A DNA stretch of 64,000 bases from Leptolyngbya sp. GTDB taxonomy: Bacteria > Cyanobacteriota > Cyanobacteriia > Phormidesmidales > Phormidesmidaceae. This document shows positions 63,260 through 64,000 of the stretch, piece by piece; within the stretch, counting starts at the first letter, position 1, and every line of letters starts with the position of its first letter. The translations under genes were made by a program, and so were the position numbers. The notes below the pieces were generated by a model that worked only from the letters and a program-made list of their open reading frames with translations, was not told where the DNA came from and did no database searches. The stretch lies in the NCBI GenBank assembly GCA_040374765.1, contig JBEITR010000001.1, positions 25,422 through 89,421 on the forward strand, read 5' to 3'.

Positions 63260-63899
63260 CCTTTTCCCGAGCTGCCAGGGCAATGGCGGCGGGATAAATG
63301 CAATATTCCTGGGCCTGGATTCGGGCTTGTAGAGTATCTACGTCGTCCTGTGGTTGGACTGGCACCACCGCCTGCATAATAATTGGGCCACTATCCACCT
63401 GTAACTCGACGTGGTGTACCGTACACCCCGATAGTTTCACCCCTGCCGCCAGAGCCTGATCCACGGCGTGGGTACCTGGAAAACTGGGTAATAGGCTGGG
63501 ATGAATATTTAACACCTGGCGGGGAAAGGCTTCAATCAGGACCTGGGTAACACACCGCATCCAGCCAGCCATGATCACCCAGGTCGCACCATAGTCGTGC
63601 AGGGTTTGAATGATTGCTCGATCCAGGGCTTCGCGACTGGGATAATGACGATGGTTAAGCAGGACTTTGGGCAGGCCCAGGTGATCGGCCCGGTCGGCCA
63701 CTCCAGCCCCAGGGTTGTTGTAAATCACCACCTGGATGGTGGCATGCAGCTCTTGGCGCTGAATTGAAGCGGCGATCGCTTCCAGGTTGGTGCCCCGACC
63801 AGAGGCCAACACCCCCAGTTTCAGCGGCTGGCTGAAGCGGGGCCAGGCTGTGGGTAAGCTCGGAGAAATCAAAACAGAGTCAGTATTCAAAATGGCCAT
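63222..63899 (-). CDS. purN: Phosphoribosylglycinamide formyltransferase
   Basis: ASGRGTN, LNIHPSLLP, SGCTVH and DSGPII motifs. Confidence 0.95.
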   Translation of the reverse strand: MAILNTDSVLISPSLPTAWPRFSQPLKLGVLASGRGTNLEAIAASIQRQELHATIQVVIYNNPGAGVADRADHLGLPKVLLNHRHYPSREALDRAIIQTLHDYGATWVIMAGWMRCVTQVLIEAFPRQVLNIHPSLLPSFPGTHAVDQALAAGVKLSGCTVHHVELQVDSGPIIMQAVVPVQPQDDVDTLQARIQAQEYCIYPAAIALAAREKASPVDGKTGKPQ

Positions 63900-64000
63900 A
63901 CATTAGTCACTAATACTGGTCACTACTACAGGTCGCTGGGGTTATCCTAGCTGGAGAAGCACTCCCCGCCGCCAATGGGGGCGTTTTTTCTGAAGAGATC

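Overview
Core chromosomal segment of a HIP1-rich cyanobacterium, probably a filamentous Leptolyngbya/Nodosilinea-like lineage (inference). It carries housekeeping and photosynthesis genes (glk, yebC, nblS/hik33, chlP, ndhD, thrB, gmk, msrB, rnz, ndhCKJ, rubA-ycf48-psbEFLJ, cdsA, trxA, groESL, purN), a Ni/Co ECF transporter operon, three tRNAs and several DNA-processing genes (SbcC-like ATPase, Dda/RecD-like helicase, NurA, and a probably inactive large serine recombinase). No transposase, prophage or CRISPR array was seen. The main unexplained signal is a diverged intergenic repeat family, called 'family X' here, with about 15 near-complete and several partial copies (about one per 3-4 kb). 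Its modules are a variable 5' hairpin, a linker, a main stem GCCAGAAC...GTTCTGGC showing compensatory substitutions, an optional apical arm and a CAAAGCTAT tail. Most copies lie in the sense of the neighbouring transcript. Candidate InrS-type, NtcA and Fur-like operators and clear CIRCE and K-box elements were also found. All alignments and counts were done by eye. Start codons are best guesses where they differ from the ORF track.
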